DNA of 64,000 bases from an uncultured Gammaproteobacteria bacterium (GCA_964422585.1 CAYRBH010000002.1:13428-77427); one strand, 5' to 3'; positions 19,510 through 29,330 are shown, numbered from the stretch's first letter. Notes: generated from the sequence alone by a model not told the origin. Program-made: numbers and translations.

Positions 19510-20256
19510 TTATTCAAACATTCTATTCGTCCCGACGATAACCTTGAGTTTCCCAGGCGCTATTTCTACATCAGCAGGTGTTTTTAATATGATCTGCTCG
19601 TCAGTAAGGATGGATACAACATCCTCCCCTGTTGCCTGGATGCGTATCTTCGTGAAAGGCAACACGGTTGGTTGCAATTCTTTTTTTGAAAGCCAGCCGC
19701 CCTGTATCGGGGTGATAATAGCTTCTAGTCTGCCATCCATTGGGTTTGAACGGATCGGACCGCCATAGGAGCCTACATTGCAGATACGAACCGTGTTTAA
19801 CTCGGTGAGAGGCGCCAGCGAATAACCATTGCATGTTATCTGAACCTTCGCATTTGTTATTTCCGCGGCATTCAAGAAATAATAATTGTTGATTCTTCCC
19901 AGATCGAGTTTTTTCACGATGCGTCCCGCGATTACGTCGCAGGCCAATTCTTTTGGGGGAATACCCAAGACGCGAGCGATCCGACTCGAATTGTCTGAAG
20001 GAATGAGTCCGAGTGTTACATCGAGCGGCGCTATGGTATTGATAATTTTTGCAAACGTTTGATCATCGCCAACCGCAACAATCGTCGTAACGCCTCGCTT
20101 CACAGCATCGGTCACCACTTCTTTGATATTCTTCAAAATGGTCAGTCGAACTATTTTTCCATTGATACCAAGATCAGTACAACGACGCTCGACATTCGTG
20201 AGGAATGAGCTGTATTTTTGATGACTCAGCAATGAGTCATAGATGTAGAGATACAT
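19510..20256 (-). CDS. Diacylglycerol-kinase catalytic domain family protein
   Basis: VAVGDDQT, LGLIP and DLGRIN..YF motifs. Start at MYLYIYD. Confidence 0.7.
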   Translation of the reverse strand: MYLYIYDSLLSHQKYSSFLTNVERRCTDLGINGKIVRLTILKNIKEVVTDAVKRGVTTIVAVGDDQTFAKIINTIAPLDVTLGLIPSDNSSRIARVLGIPPKELACDVIAGRIVKKLDLGRINNYYFLNAAEITNAKVQITCNGYSLAPLTELNTVRICNVGSYGGPIRSNPMDGRLEAIITPIQGGWLSKKELQPTVLPFTKIRIQATGEDVVSILTDEQIILKTPADVEIAPGKLKVIVGTNRMFE

Positions 20257-20299
20257 AGCAGGTAGAAGAAGAGCTGCCGCAGAGAGCAGCAATCAGTAA

Positions 20300-20731
20300 T
20301 TAAGCCTTGCTCTTCTCAGTATGCTCTTCTGTGGACGGGCGCTCAGCCGCGGTACCTTCTTTAGCCATCTTTTCTTTGCTCATATTGACCTTACCATTCA
20401 GGACTGCGCCCTCTTCTATTCCTATTGCCTGAGTTTTGACATCGCCCTGAATAACAGCTGTTCCCGCGAGCTTGAGTAATCCAGATATATTCAAATTTCC
20501 CTTCACCTTTCCTGCGATTTGAGCATTTTTTGCCCTAATCTCAGCCTCAATAAGAGCCTGTTGACCAATACGAACATCCCCTTTTGTGGCTAAAGTCCCG
20601 ACTAAAATACCCTCAATAACAACATCGCCATCACCAGAGAAATTACCTTCCATTTTTACCGAAGGTCCTATAAATGTTTCTGTAGCAGCGCCCTGCGAGC
20701 CCTCCCGTGGATTATTGCTAAACATAGCCAT
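20300..20731 (-). CDS. Bactofilin (polymer-forming cytoskeletal protein)
   Basis: T.IG...G.....G.V.IEG beta-helix repeats and IEEGA.LNG. Confidence 0.9.
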   Translation of the reverse strand: MAMFSNNPREGSQGAATETFIGPSVKMEGNFSGDGDVVIEGILVGTLATKGDVRIGQQALIEAEIRAKNAQIAGKVKGNLNISGLLKLAGTAVIQGDVKTQAIGIEEGAVLNGKVNMSKEKMAKEGTAAERPSTEEHTEKSKA

Positions 20732-20983
20732 AGTTTTTCAGGTTAACATTAAGTTTTAACGCTTGAATAGTAGTTAGTTTCTAGGTAAATGTCAAAACTA
20801 ATTCCTTTAGATAGACAAAAAAATAGCCCTCATATACTATTGTAATGCTTTTTAGTTGACTCAGGGTCAATGTATGTAGGTATGATTTATTTTATGACGC
20901 ATTTAATTAGCTAATATAAAATAAATATCTATATTTAATTTTAATAAATCCTTTGGAATGTTCCACAAGGAACAAAAACATAA

Positions 20984-21058
20984 GCCCTTGTAGCTCAACG
21001 GATAGAGCAAATCCGTCCTAAGGATGAGATGGGGGTTCAATTCCCTCCAGGGGCACCA
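20984..21058 (+). tRNA. tRNA-Arg(CCT)
   Basis: Cloverleaf gcccttg...caggggc-a-cca; GGTTCAATTCC T arm; anticodon loop gt-CCT-aa. Confidence 0.9.
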
Positions 21059-21165
21059 GCTATACTTTGGATATATTAAAAAAAAGTTCCTCGCGGAACA
21101 TGCTATATAGTTTGAAAGCCCGATCCGCTGATGCGTTTCGGGCTTTCAGTGTTCTTGCCTAGTTC

Positions 21166-21480
21166 TCATTGTTCGCCGTTTTCTTTCGGGACCACCATTC
21201 GGTAGCAGAGGACGACGAAGGCCTTTGCCAGGTCCCAGAAAACAGCGAGGAGTACCATGGCAAAGAAGCCTAGGATGATCGTCATGCTCGGCAGGGCGCC
21301 GAAGATGACTCCGACTGCCTGCGGGGAAAGGGGCTGATGCGACCCGTACTTCTGCAGAAGGGCTGAGGGGCCTTTCGCAAGAATGATGAGCAAGGCCGGG
21401 TAAGCGATGAGCAGAAACGAGAAGACGATAAAGCCCATCACCACCTTTCTGAACAAAGAAGCCTTCTTCTTTTCGGGCAT
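21166..21480 (-). CDS. Small two-TM hypothetical membrane protein
   Basis: SD AGGAG, own TTGACA-N17-TAATAT promoter, two hydrophobic helices, terminator at ~21113-21149. Confidence 0.7.
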   Translation of the reverse strand: MPEKKKASLFRKVVMGFIVFSFLLIAYPALLIILAKGPSALLQKYGSHQPLSPQAVGVIFGALPSMTIILGFFAMVLLAVFWDLAKAFVVLCYRMVVPKENGEQ

Positions 21481-21584
21481 GACTTAGACTCCTAAGAGGA
21501 GGGTTAACTGCAGTTTGAAGAGCTTAATATATAATATTAACATTTAATAAAGTATTTGTCAATAGCTATAAATAGTAGGATCAT

Positions 21585-21626
21585 TTGACTTATTGATCTA
21601 TATACTCTATACTGGTATATAGTATA
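21585..21626 (+). promoter_or_regulatory. Promoter and palindromic operator of the CsoR-family gene
   Basis: TTGACT-N17-TATACT overlapping the near-perfect inverted repeat TATACTCTATACTGGTATATAGTATA (21601-21626). Confidence 0.65.
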
Positions 21627-21874
21627 TGAAATGTGATAATAAACAGTTTTTAGACAGAACACATAGAATAGCTGGGCAAATTGCCGCCCTTGAGACTATG
21701 TATGATGATAAACGAACTGCCCAGGACATAGTTCAGCAGATCGTTGCCGTACGTTCATCACTCTCATCTTTAGCAAAACTAGTAGTTGAGGCAGAGGTGA
21801 AAGGTTGTCTGCCGTCAGATCAGTCATCGGCGCCTGTTGCTCAATTGGTTGATACTTTGTTTAAGATCTCTTAG
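21626..21874 (+). CDS. CsoR/RcnR-family transcriptional repressor
   Basis: R..RI.GQI.AL..M...QI.AVR..L pattern. Confidence 0.85.
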   Translation: MKCDNKQFLDRTHRIAGQIAALETMYDDKRTAQDIVQQIVAVRSSLSSLAKLVVEAEVKGCLPSDQSSAPVAQLVDTLFKIS

Positions 21875-21935
21875 AACTTGCCATAGAGATAGAGCTTAAC
21901 TATAATTGAAACCTATTAATTAACTTTTCAAATAT

Positions 21936-22265
21936 ATGGCCGTCGAATTTACTGATAGTAATTTTGCAACCGAAGTAGAGCAGTCTAAAGGGGTTGTGTT
22001 GATAGATTTTTGGGCGCCATGGTGTGGCCCCTGTAAGATGCAGGGACCGATTGTTGAAGATATTGCGAAAGAATTCGCTGGCAAGCCACAGGTGAAGATT
22101 GGCAAGACCAATGTGGATGAGAATCCGAATCTTTCACAGCAGTTTCAGGTGTTCAGCATTCCTACGATCATTATTTTCAAAGATGGTAAACCAGTTGATC
22201 AGGCAATCGGATTGCAATCGAAGGCTTCTATTTTAAGTAAGCTGAATCGTCAGGTCGGAGTCTAG
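21936..22265 (+). CDS. trxA: Thioredoxin
   Basis: DFWAPWCGPC motif. Confidence 0.97.
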   Translation: MAVEFTDSNFATEVEQSKGVVLIDFWAPWCGPCKMQGPIVEDIAKEFAGKPQVKIGKTNVDENPNLSQQFQVFSIPTIIIFKDGKPVDQAIGLQSKASILSKLNRQVGV

Positions 22266-22269
22266 TCAT

Positions 22270-22368
22270 ATGTACGATCTCATCATCATCGGCGCCCTGC
22301 ATCACTCACTTCGTTCGGACGCGGCGCCTGTAACCTTCTCATCGGGCAGAAAGTTAATCTGTAAGTAA
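22270..22368 (+). pseudogene. Relic N-terminus of a thioredoxin reductase
   Basis: MYDLIIIGA then loss of similarity; the intact trxB downstream starts MQDLIIIGG. Confidence 0.5.
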
Positions 22369-22375
22369 CAAAGTA

Positions 22376-23302
22376 ATGCAGGATTTAATAATCATAGGGG
22401 GCGGAGCAGCAGGCCTTGGCGCAGGGTTATATGCCGCACGTTTTAAATTAAGTGTGTCCATCATCGCGAAAGAATTTGGTGGCACAGGCAACATCGCGCA
22501 CCTAGTCGACAATTGGATCGGCGATCCAGGTGTCGGCGGCTATGATTTGATGCAGAAATTTATCAAGCATGTCGAGCAGTATCAAGTACCGATGATTCAG
22601 TCGACGATTATGTCTGTTGAAAAAACATCTGGCGGTTACGCAGTGGTTCTTGAGGATGGAGCACGTCACGAAGCTAAGGCAATACTTTTTGCCAATGGTA
22701 TGCAACATAAAAAATTGGGTGTGCCTGGTGAAGAAGAGTATGCGGGCAGAGGAGTGCACTATTGTTATACTTGCGATGGGCCTTTGTATAAAAATAAAGT
22801 GTTAGCGGTTGCCGGAGGTTCTGATTCCGCGGCGCTTGGGACACTGTTTCTCGCGGAATACGGCTCGAAGCTCTATACCATTTTTCGTAAAGACACGATG
22901 ACTGCTGAGCCTATTTCAGTCGAGAAAGTTTCGAAACATGAAAAAGTAGAATTAATTCCTAGGGCGAATATTGTCGAGATTATCGGCGATGGCAACCATG
23001 TGAAGCAATTGAAGCTCGATACTGGTCGTGTGATAAATCTTGACGGACTATTTATTGAGATCGGGCATTTACCATTGTCTGAACTTGCGAAAAAACTCGG
23101 CGTTGCGACGAATGATCATGGGTATATTATCGTTGATCGTAAGCAGGCGACGAATCTTGCCGGCGTCTATGCAGCAGGAGACATAACCAACGCAACAGAA
23201 TTGAAGCAGTTTATTACCTCCGCAGCAGAAGGCTCTATCGCGGCACAAAGTGTCTATCATTGGATACAAGGCATGGGTGAAACGCATGCAAATGTACAGT
23301 AA
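22376..23302 (+). CDS. trxB: Thioredoxin reductase
   Basis: IIGGGAAG, CYTCDG and GVYAAGD motifs; next to trxA. Confidence 0.92.
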   Translation: MQDLIIIGGGAAGLGAGLYAARFKLSVSIIAKEFGGTGNIAHLVDNWIGDPGVGGYDLMQKFIKHVEQYQVPMIQSTIMSVEKTSGGYAVVLEDGARHEAKAILFANGMQHKKLGVPGEEEYAGRGVHYCYTCDGPLYKNKVLAVAGGSDSAALGTLFLAEYGSKLYTIFRKDTMTAEPISVEKVSKHEKVELIPRANIVEIIGDGNHVKQLKLDTGRVINLDGLFIEIGHLPLSELAKKLGVATNDHGYIIVDRKQATNLAGVYAAGDITNATELKQFITSAAEGSIAAQSVYHWIQGMGETHANVQ

Positions 23303-23469
23303 TCGAGGCGCCGTAATCCGTACTGTTCTAACGTTGAATGAGTGCCGAGGGGCAAACGTTGAAAGCCGCTCGCGGAGCGCCGGGGCTTGAGACGTGTGCC
23401 CCGAAGGCAAGCAGACTTGAGACTCTTTACCTTCATGTAAGCTCATGACCAGAATGACCAAGACAGTAT

Positions 23470-24192
23470 ATGAAAGCAACAGTTAAAAAAGTAATTCAAG
23501 AAACGCCACGAGTGTATAGTGTGGTTATCGAGCTAGAGCAACCGGTATCCATCAAAACGGGGCAGTGTATGCGCTGGGAAGCGATGCTGCCTGATAAAAA
23601 AGGCGGCAGGCTATTTTCTATGGCTAATGCCGGTGGCGACGCTATCCGCGAAATGATGTTTACGTTCCGCATCATGCCTGAAGGTATGGTTTCCTCCTGT
23701 GTCCCGGCACTGAAGTCAGGAGATACAGTGCAGGTATCGGGGCCATTTGGGAAATTTATTTTCGATGATACTGATACGAGAGATATTGTGTTAATTGCTG
23801 GCGGCACTGGGATTTCAGTTCTTCGGGCGATTTATGATCACGTGCTCACCAAAGGAATGAAGAATGCCGTGCATTTGCTCTTCAGTGTGTTGAATGAAAA
23901 AGAGATTATCTACCAAAAAGAACTAGAGGAATTACCAAAGCAGTATCCGCAATTTACGACAACCATTCTTTATACTGAAGCGCCGCCTGAACTGAAAGTA
24001 CATAGGGGACTTGTGAGCGAGTTTTTATTCGACGAAGAGTTTGCCGGCAAAGATTACCAACAAGTATTTTATATTTGCGGACCGCCGCCATTTATCGATG
24101 CTGCAGAAAAGATTTTGAAAGAAAAAGGCGTGACTGAAGACAGGATTCGTATCGATCGATGGAAATTCTACGCGCCGACATTGATGAAGTAA
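23470..24192 (+). CDS. FNR-like FAD/NAD(P)-binding oxidoreductase
   Basis: RLFS, GPFGKF, AGGTGI and YICGPP motifs. Confidence 0.88.
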   Translation: MKATVKKVIQETPRVYSVVIELEQPVSIKTGQCMRWEAMLPDKKGGRLFSMANAGGDAIREMMFTFRIMPEGMVSSCVPALKSGDTVQVSGPFGKFIFDDTDTRDIVLIAGGTGISVLRAIYDHVLTKGMKNAVHLLFSVLNEKEIIYQKELEELPKQYPQFTTTILYTEAPPELKVHRGLVSEFLFDEEFAGKDYQQVFYICGPPPFIDAAEKILKEKGVTEDRIRIDRWKFYAPTLMK

Positions 24193-24196
24193 TACT

Positions 24197-24832
24197 ATGA
24201 CCATTAAAAAAATAGGCCACAGCTGTATCGTGGTTGAGACAAAGGGTGTTCGATTTCTTTTTGACCCTGGTGTTTTCAGTAAAGAGCAAAACGAGCTGAC
24301 TGGTCTTGATGCGGTTATTATCACGCATGTTCATGCGGATCATTATGATGTTGATTCGATTAAACAAATTCGAATTAAAAACCCCAATGCGATTTTTGTG
24401 ACAAATCACGAGGTTGGCGCTTTGCTCACTGAGCTTGGTATTCCATTTGAACAAATCGAGGATGGCGGATCAATGACTCTTAAAAATATTTCCATTGAAG
24501 CATATGGTAGTAAACATGAATTCATTTATCAGGGAGTTCCAGAGGTGATCAATACGGGCTATGTGCTTGATGGAACATTGTATCATCCTGGAGATGCGTA
24601 TCATGTATTGAAAAATTCAGCTCCTGTGCTTGCGTTACCGGTCACGGCTCCATGGGGTACGCTGCGAAACACCATTGATTATGCAAAAACATTCAAGCCA
24701 AAAGTTTGCTTTCCAGTCCACGACGCAACGCTGAAAGAACCGGGTCTCTATCACCGTTTGCCAAAACAATTTCTTGAACCGGCTGGTATTGACTTTAAGC
24801 CTTTGTGGAGCAATCAAGAATTTACTGTGTAA
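24197..24832 (+). CDS. MBL-fold metallo-hydrolase
   Basis: GHSC, DPG, THVHADH and HPGD motifs. Confidence 0.88.
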   Translation: MTIKKIGHSCIVVETKGVRFLFDPGVFSKEQNELTGLDAVIITHVHADHYDVDSIKQIRIKNPNAIFVTNHEVGALLTELGIPFEQIEDGGSMTLKNISIEAYGSKHEFIYQGVPEVINTGYVLDGTLYHPGDAYHVLKNSAPVLALPVTAPWGTLRNTIDYAKTFKPKVCFPVHDATLKEPGLYHRLPKQFLEPAGIDFKPLWSNQEFTV

Positions 24833-24834
24833 CC

Positions 24835-26055
24835 ATGAACGCTTTTGAATCAGCCATGCAGCAGCTATCGCGCGCCGCAAAGATCGCGAAAGTCGATGAG
24901 AAAGTTATTACTCGCTTGCAGCAACCAGAGCGACATATCGAGGCTGCCATCCCAGTGACGTTAGATTCTGGCGAAGAAAAAATATTCACCGGATTTCGGG
25001 TGCAATATAATTCAGCGCGTGGGCCCTATAAAGGTGGTATTCGTTTTCATCCGAACGTTGATCTGAACGAGGTGAAAGCACTTGGATTCTGGATGTCGAT
25101 CAAATGCGCGGTTGCAGATATTCCTTTGGGCGGAGGCAAAGGCGGCGTCATCGTTGATCCGAAAAAGTTGTCTGAAGGAGAAATAGAGAGATTAGCACGA
25201 GCCTTCGTAAAGGCTTTTCACCATGTATTAGGACCTCAGATCGATGTGCCTGCGCCAGATGTCTATACCACACCGCAGATCATGGCATGGATGGCAGATG
25301 AGTATGTACGATTGACCGGCGATCCGAAAGGCATCGCGACATTCACCGGTAAACCTATCGATACTGGAGGCTCATTGGGTCGCGGTAACTCGACAGCGCA
25401 AGGGGGGTACTATGTGCTTGAGGCATTCGCTCAAAAACAGCATGTTCCACAAGGAGCAATGATAGCGATCCAGGGTTTTGGTAATGCAGGCAAGCATATG
25501 GCAGCGCTTGCGAGTGAAGCGGGCTACAAAGTTGTCGCAGTTTCAGATTCATCGGGTGGCATCTATGATCCGAAGGGCTTGGATATACCGAAACTTGCGG
25601 GGCATAAGGATGCGACTGGCTCGGTGCAAGATTTCAATGACCTGAAGCATATCTCGCAGGAAGATCTATTGAAGCTCGAAGTCGATATCTTGATACCAGC
25701 TGCTTTGGAAGACCAGATCACCGCCGAGAATGCTGATCATATTAGAGCAAGATATATACTCGAACTTGCTAATGGCCCGATAGCATCTGAAGCGGATCAA
25801 ATATTGTTCAAGAAAGGCATCGTCGTGATCCCCGATGTACTTGCTAATTCTGGCGGCGTGATTGTTTCTTGTTTTGAATGGCAACAGAACTTAGCTGGTG
25901 AGAAATGGACTGAGGAGAAAGTGCAGGAGGAATTGCGAAAACATATTGTCCCGGCCTTTGAGGCGATCTATGAACGCGCTCAAGTAGAAAAGGTTGATCT
26001 GCGGACCGCGGCGTTCGCGATCGCGATTGAGAGGATTGCACACGCGATGCGTTAG
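24835..26055 (+). CDS. gdhA: Glutamate dehydrogenase (Glu/Leu/Phe/Val family)
   Basis: GPYKGGIRFHP, GGGKGG, DVPAPD and QGFGNAG motifs. Start MNAFES. Confidence 0.92.
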   Translation: MNAFESAMQQLSRAAKIAKVDEKVITRLQQPERHIEAAIPVTLDSGEEKIFTGFRVQYNSARGPYKGGIRFHPNVDLNEVKALGFWMSIKCAVADIPLGGGKGGVIVDPKKLSEGEIERLARAFVKAFHHVLGPQIDVPAPDVYTTPQIMAWMADEYVRLTGDPKGIATFTGKPIDTGGSLGRGNSTAQGGYYVLEAFAQKQHVPQGAMIAIQGFGNAGKHMAALASEAGYKVVAVSDSSGGIYDPKGLDIPKLAGHKDATGSVQDFNDLKHISQEDLLKLEVDILIPAALEDQITAENADHIRARYILELANGPIASEADQILFKKGIVVIPDVLANSGGVIVSCFEWQQNLAGEKWTEEKVQEELRKHIVPAFEAIYERAQVEKVDLRTAAFAIAIERIAHAMR

Positions 26056-26099
26056 AGTTTTACTGTTGCGCATTCTTTATTTTTAACTATACTTGCTGC

Positions 26100-27512
26100 A
26101 TGCAGATAACCTTTTATGGCGCAGCAGGCGCAGTCACCGGCTCAAAACATCTCATTACCACGGATGATGGAGTGAGGCTGCTGCTTGACTGTGGTTTACA
26201 TCAAGGCAAGCGGCATGAAGCCGATGCCTTGAATCGGGAGTTTCCTTTCGACGCCAAAGCACTTACTGCGGTCATGCTATCTCATGCGCATGCGGACCAT
26301 TGCGGCATGCTTCCGATGCTGAAGATGGCTGGGTATCAAGGCTCGATCTATACCACATCGACAACAGCAGACCTGGCTCGCCTTATCATGCTGGATTCTG
26401 CTAAATTGCAGCTGCATGATTTTCAGTATATGCAGGAGAATCCTGTGGGTGGCGAAGCGCCGATACCACCTCTTTATTCAGTCGATGATGTCGAAGCGGT
26501 CAGCGCTGATTTCAAAACAATCGAATGTTCTCGCGGGAGTGACATATGGTTCAACTTCAATCCGCAGACCCGCGTGAAGCTCTATGATGCAGGCCATATC
26601 TTGGGCTCAGCTATCACTGTTATTGAAAACACTGTTGCCGGTATGACCAAGAGGATCGCATTCACCGGCGATCTCGGGAATACGAATGTCCCCTTGCTTC
26701 GTGAGCCAGAAGTCCCGACCGAAGAGATAGAAACCTTACTCATCGAATGTACCTATGGTGATAAGCTGCACCGGCCTATGAGCGAGGTCGATTTGCATCT
26801 GAAAGAAATTATCACTGACGCGGTCAAGAACAAGCGAAAGATCATCGTGCCGGCATTTGCGCTCGGCCGCACGCAGGAACTACTCTATACCTTACATAAA
26901 CTCTATGATGCTGGAGAAATACCGGTGATACCTATCTATGTGGATAGTCCGCTTGGTAATGAGATCACGGAGGTATTCATGAAGCATACCGAGGACTATG
27001 ATCAGGAGACATGGACAGATTTCGGCAGCAAGCATGAATCGCCATTCGCCTTCACCAATCTGATGACGATACGCACCACCGAAGAGTCAAAAGCGCTCAA
27101 TACGAAGCCGGGGCCGTTTATGGTGATCGCTTCGTCAGGGATGTGCGAAGGAGGTAAAGTGCTGCATCATCTGGAACACAATGTATCGAACCCAGACTCG
27201 GTTATCATATTGACCGGTTTCCAAGCTGAAAATACTCTGGGGAGGAAATTGCAGGAAGGTGTGTCGCCGGTTATGATCTACGATCGAGCATATGCTGTGC
27301 GGGCTCGCGTGATAACGGTCAGTGAGTTCAGCGCGCATGCGGATCAGCAAGGGCTCTATGATTTCGTCTCGAAGATCAAAGGGCTTAAGAGAGTGTTTCT
27401 GGTACACACAGAAATGCCGCAAGCAGCGGCATTCTCCGCAGTATTGAACGAGCGGATGCCTGCGCTGCAGGTCGTGACGCCGAAAGCAGGGGAGAGCTTT
27501 GATATAGAGTGA
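26100..27512 (+). CDS. MBL-fold beta-CASP ribonuclease
   Basis: VTGS, SHAHADH, AGHILG, GRTQE and FSAHAD motifs. Confidence 0.9.
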   Translation: MQITFYGAAGAVTGSKHLITTDDGVRLLLDCGLHQGKRHEADALNREFPFDAKALTAVMLSHAHADHCGMLPMLKMAGYQGSIYTTSTTADLARLIMLDSAKLQLHDFQYMQENPVGGEAPIPPLYSVDDVEAVSADFKTIECSRGSDIWFNFNPQTRVKLYDAGHILGSAITVIENTVAGMTKRIAFTGDLGNTNVPLLREPEVPTEEIETLLIECTYGDKLHRPMSEVDLHLKEIITDAVKNKRKIIVPAFALGRTQELLYTLHKLYDAGEIPVIPIYVDSPLGNEITEVFMKHTEDYDQETWTDFGSKHESPFAFTNLMTIRTTEESKALNTKPGPFMVIASSGMCEGGKVLHHLEHNVSNPDSVIILTGFQAENTLGRKLQEGVSPVMIYDRAYAVRARVITVSEFSAHADQQGLYDFVSKIKGLKRVFLVHTEMPQAAAFSAVLNERMPALQVVTPKAGESFDIE

Positions 27513-27561
27513 CCTGTGCAGCTGGCCGCTGTTTTGGTAGGATATCTCTACTGTAGAGAGT

Positions 27562-28392
27562 ATGAAAAAAGAAGTAAGCGGAATAGAACCACGACCACAA
27601 GAAAGCCCAGAACACGCTCCGATGGGCATGGAGGAGCTGCCACCAGAGGCTGCGCAAGCACAGGCTCGAGTCTTGAACATAGAGCATGATCGAGAGGCGC
27701 AACAGCCGTACTTTGTTGATTATTTGGATCCCGAGATTCCCCTCGAGGAGAGACTTGCTACGGCTTTTGGCGAGCTGCAGATTAGCCAAGAGCAGCAGGA
27801 TAAAATCTTAGCGTATTTGAAGCTCCTCGAGTTGAAGCATACAGAAACATTCTATCACTCTATCCGAGTCGGCCTTGCGGCCCGAGGCATTGCCAAGCAT
27901 TTGAACATGGATGAGAAGGCACTTTTGTATGCCGGCCTATTGCATGATATTGGCAAAAGCATGGTGCCTCTGTCCACCTTAAGTAAAACAGAGGGCTGGA
28001 CCGCTGATGATACGGCCGCTATGGATGAGCATGTCCTGAAGAGCTATGAGCTCTTGCGGGATACCTTTGATTTTTCCGCTGAGATTGTGAAGCTGCATCA
28101 TCGCTTTCAATCACGGCCATACCCGGAGAAAGTGCCAGAGCCGCTGCATCCCTATACTGATGACACAAAGAAGAAAATAGAGAGCGGCGGACGTATGCTC
28201 GCTCTGGCTGACGTGTATGACGCATTGCACCGCATCAACGAGAAGTTCGGTGGCAGGGAGGCGTTCTCAGGAGACAAGGTGAAGGAACAGATGCTGCAGA
28301 TGAACCCTGATCAAACTGAGCTTGTGGAAGAGCTCTATGACGCCGGGATCTTTACCACAGCGACATTCCCAAGAACAGAAAGTTCGCAGTAA
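27562..28392 (+). CDS. HD-domain (HD-GYP-like) phosphohydrolase
   Basis: HS.RV, LLHDIGK, HH and LADVYDAL motifs; GYP is replaced by PYP. Confidence 0.8.
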   Translation: MKKEVSGIEPRPQESPEHAPMGMEELPPEAAQAQARVLNIEHDREAQQPYFVDYLDPEIPLEERLATAFGELQISQEQQDKILAYLKLLELKHTETFYHSIRVGLAARGIAKHLNMDEKALLYAGLLHDIGKSMVPLSTLSKTEGWTADDTAAMDEHVLKSYELLRDTFDFSAEIVKLHHRFQSRPYPEKVPEPLHPYTDDTKKKIESGGRMLALADVYDALHRINEKFGGREAFSGDKVKEQMLQMNPDQTELVEELYDAGIFTTATFPRTESSQ

Positions 28393-28459
28393 GAGCGATG
28401 ACATTTACTTTACCAGGAGCTACTGATACAATGGCTTTGTTAAAAGGTACTAAGGTACT

Positions 28460-28681
28460 ATGGCGTATAAAGTAACAGTTGATAAAGATTTGTGCACGAG
28501 TATTGCATCCTGCGTTGCTATCGCTACCAATACGTTCGAATTAGATAAGGATGGATTCTCGACCGTCAAGAAACAGAATGGCGATTCTGATGAGTTGATC
28601 TTGCAGGCAGCGAAGAATTGCCCGACGAATGCCATTTTGGTTTATGATGAAACAGGGAAAAAGATCTGGCCTGAGGAGTAG
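28460..28681 (+). CDS. Ferredoxin (single cluster)
   Basis: CTSIASC...CPTNAI. Confidence 0.85.
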   Translation: MAYKVTVDKDLCTSIASCVAIATNTFELDKDGFSTVKKQNGDSDELILQAAKNCPTNAILVYDETGKKIWPEE

Positions 28682-28697
28682 TAGATGCTGACCAGCG

Positions 28698-28744
28698 CAG
28701 CCCCGCCTCAGGCAACCGGCTGAGGCGGGGCTGCTTTTCATTTT
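28698..28744 (+). terminator. Intrinsic terminator
   Basis: gcagccccgcctcag...ctgaggcggggctgc followed by T's. Confidence 0.8.
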
Positions 28745-28769
28745 CCCTTCATTTCGCTACGCTGAAGCA

Positions 28770-29330
28770 ATGTCTAGGAGTATCGGTGTAGATGAAGTTG
28801 GGAGAGGAGCGCTGGCCGGCCCACTTATTGCCTGCGCGGCGCGCATTGTCAATGAGAGACGATTTCCTTTCAAGCGGGTGAAAGATTCAAAGCTGTTAAC
28901 TGATAGCGAGCGCCGCGCTCTTATGCCGTTATTGCAGACGTCCTGCGCATGGTCCTATGGTATCGTAAGTAATAATGTGATCGATCGTAGTGGTATTCAA
29001 GCGGCGAATGTATTGGCTTTCGATCTGGCATTGCTCGCTTTTCCTCGGTCATCACGCGTCCGAGCAGACCATGTTGGCGGCTTCGAGCAGTATACCAGTC
29101 CCCCGCGGAACATAGAGTTCCATACGCACGGCGAATCTAAATTCCCTGAAATAGCGGCAGCTTCAATACTCGCGAAAGTGTATAGAGATGATATGATGAT
29201 CGCGTTCGGCGCTAGGTATCCTCAGTATGGATTCGCTCAGCATAAGGGCTATGGCACCGAAGCGCATCGCGCAGCGATACAGCAGTACGGCCCACTATTT
29301 CTTCATCGTATAACATTCATATCTCTATGA
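28770..29330 (+). CDS. rnhB: Ribonuclease HII
   Basis: GVDEVGRG..AGP, DSK, AAASILAKV.RD and HKGYGT motifs. Confidence 0.93.
   Translation: MSRSIGVDEVGRGALAGPLIACAARIVNERRFPFKRVKDSKLLTDSERRALMPLLQTSCAWSYGIVSNNVIDRSGIQAANVLAFDLALLAFPRSSRVRADHVGGFEQYTSPPRNIEFHTHGESKFPEIAAASILAKVYRDDMMIAFGARYPQYGFAQHKGYGTEAHRAAIQQYGPLFLHRITFISL

Noticed and set aside
23335-23365. Hammerhead ribozyme or c-di-GMP-I riboswitch
   Set aside because: The CUGAUGA/GAAA core and the GEMM P2 features do not match.
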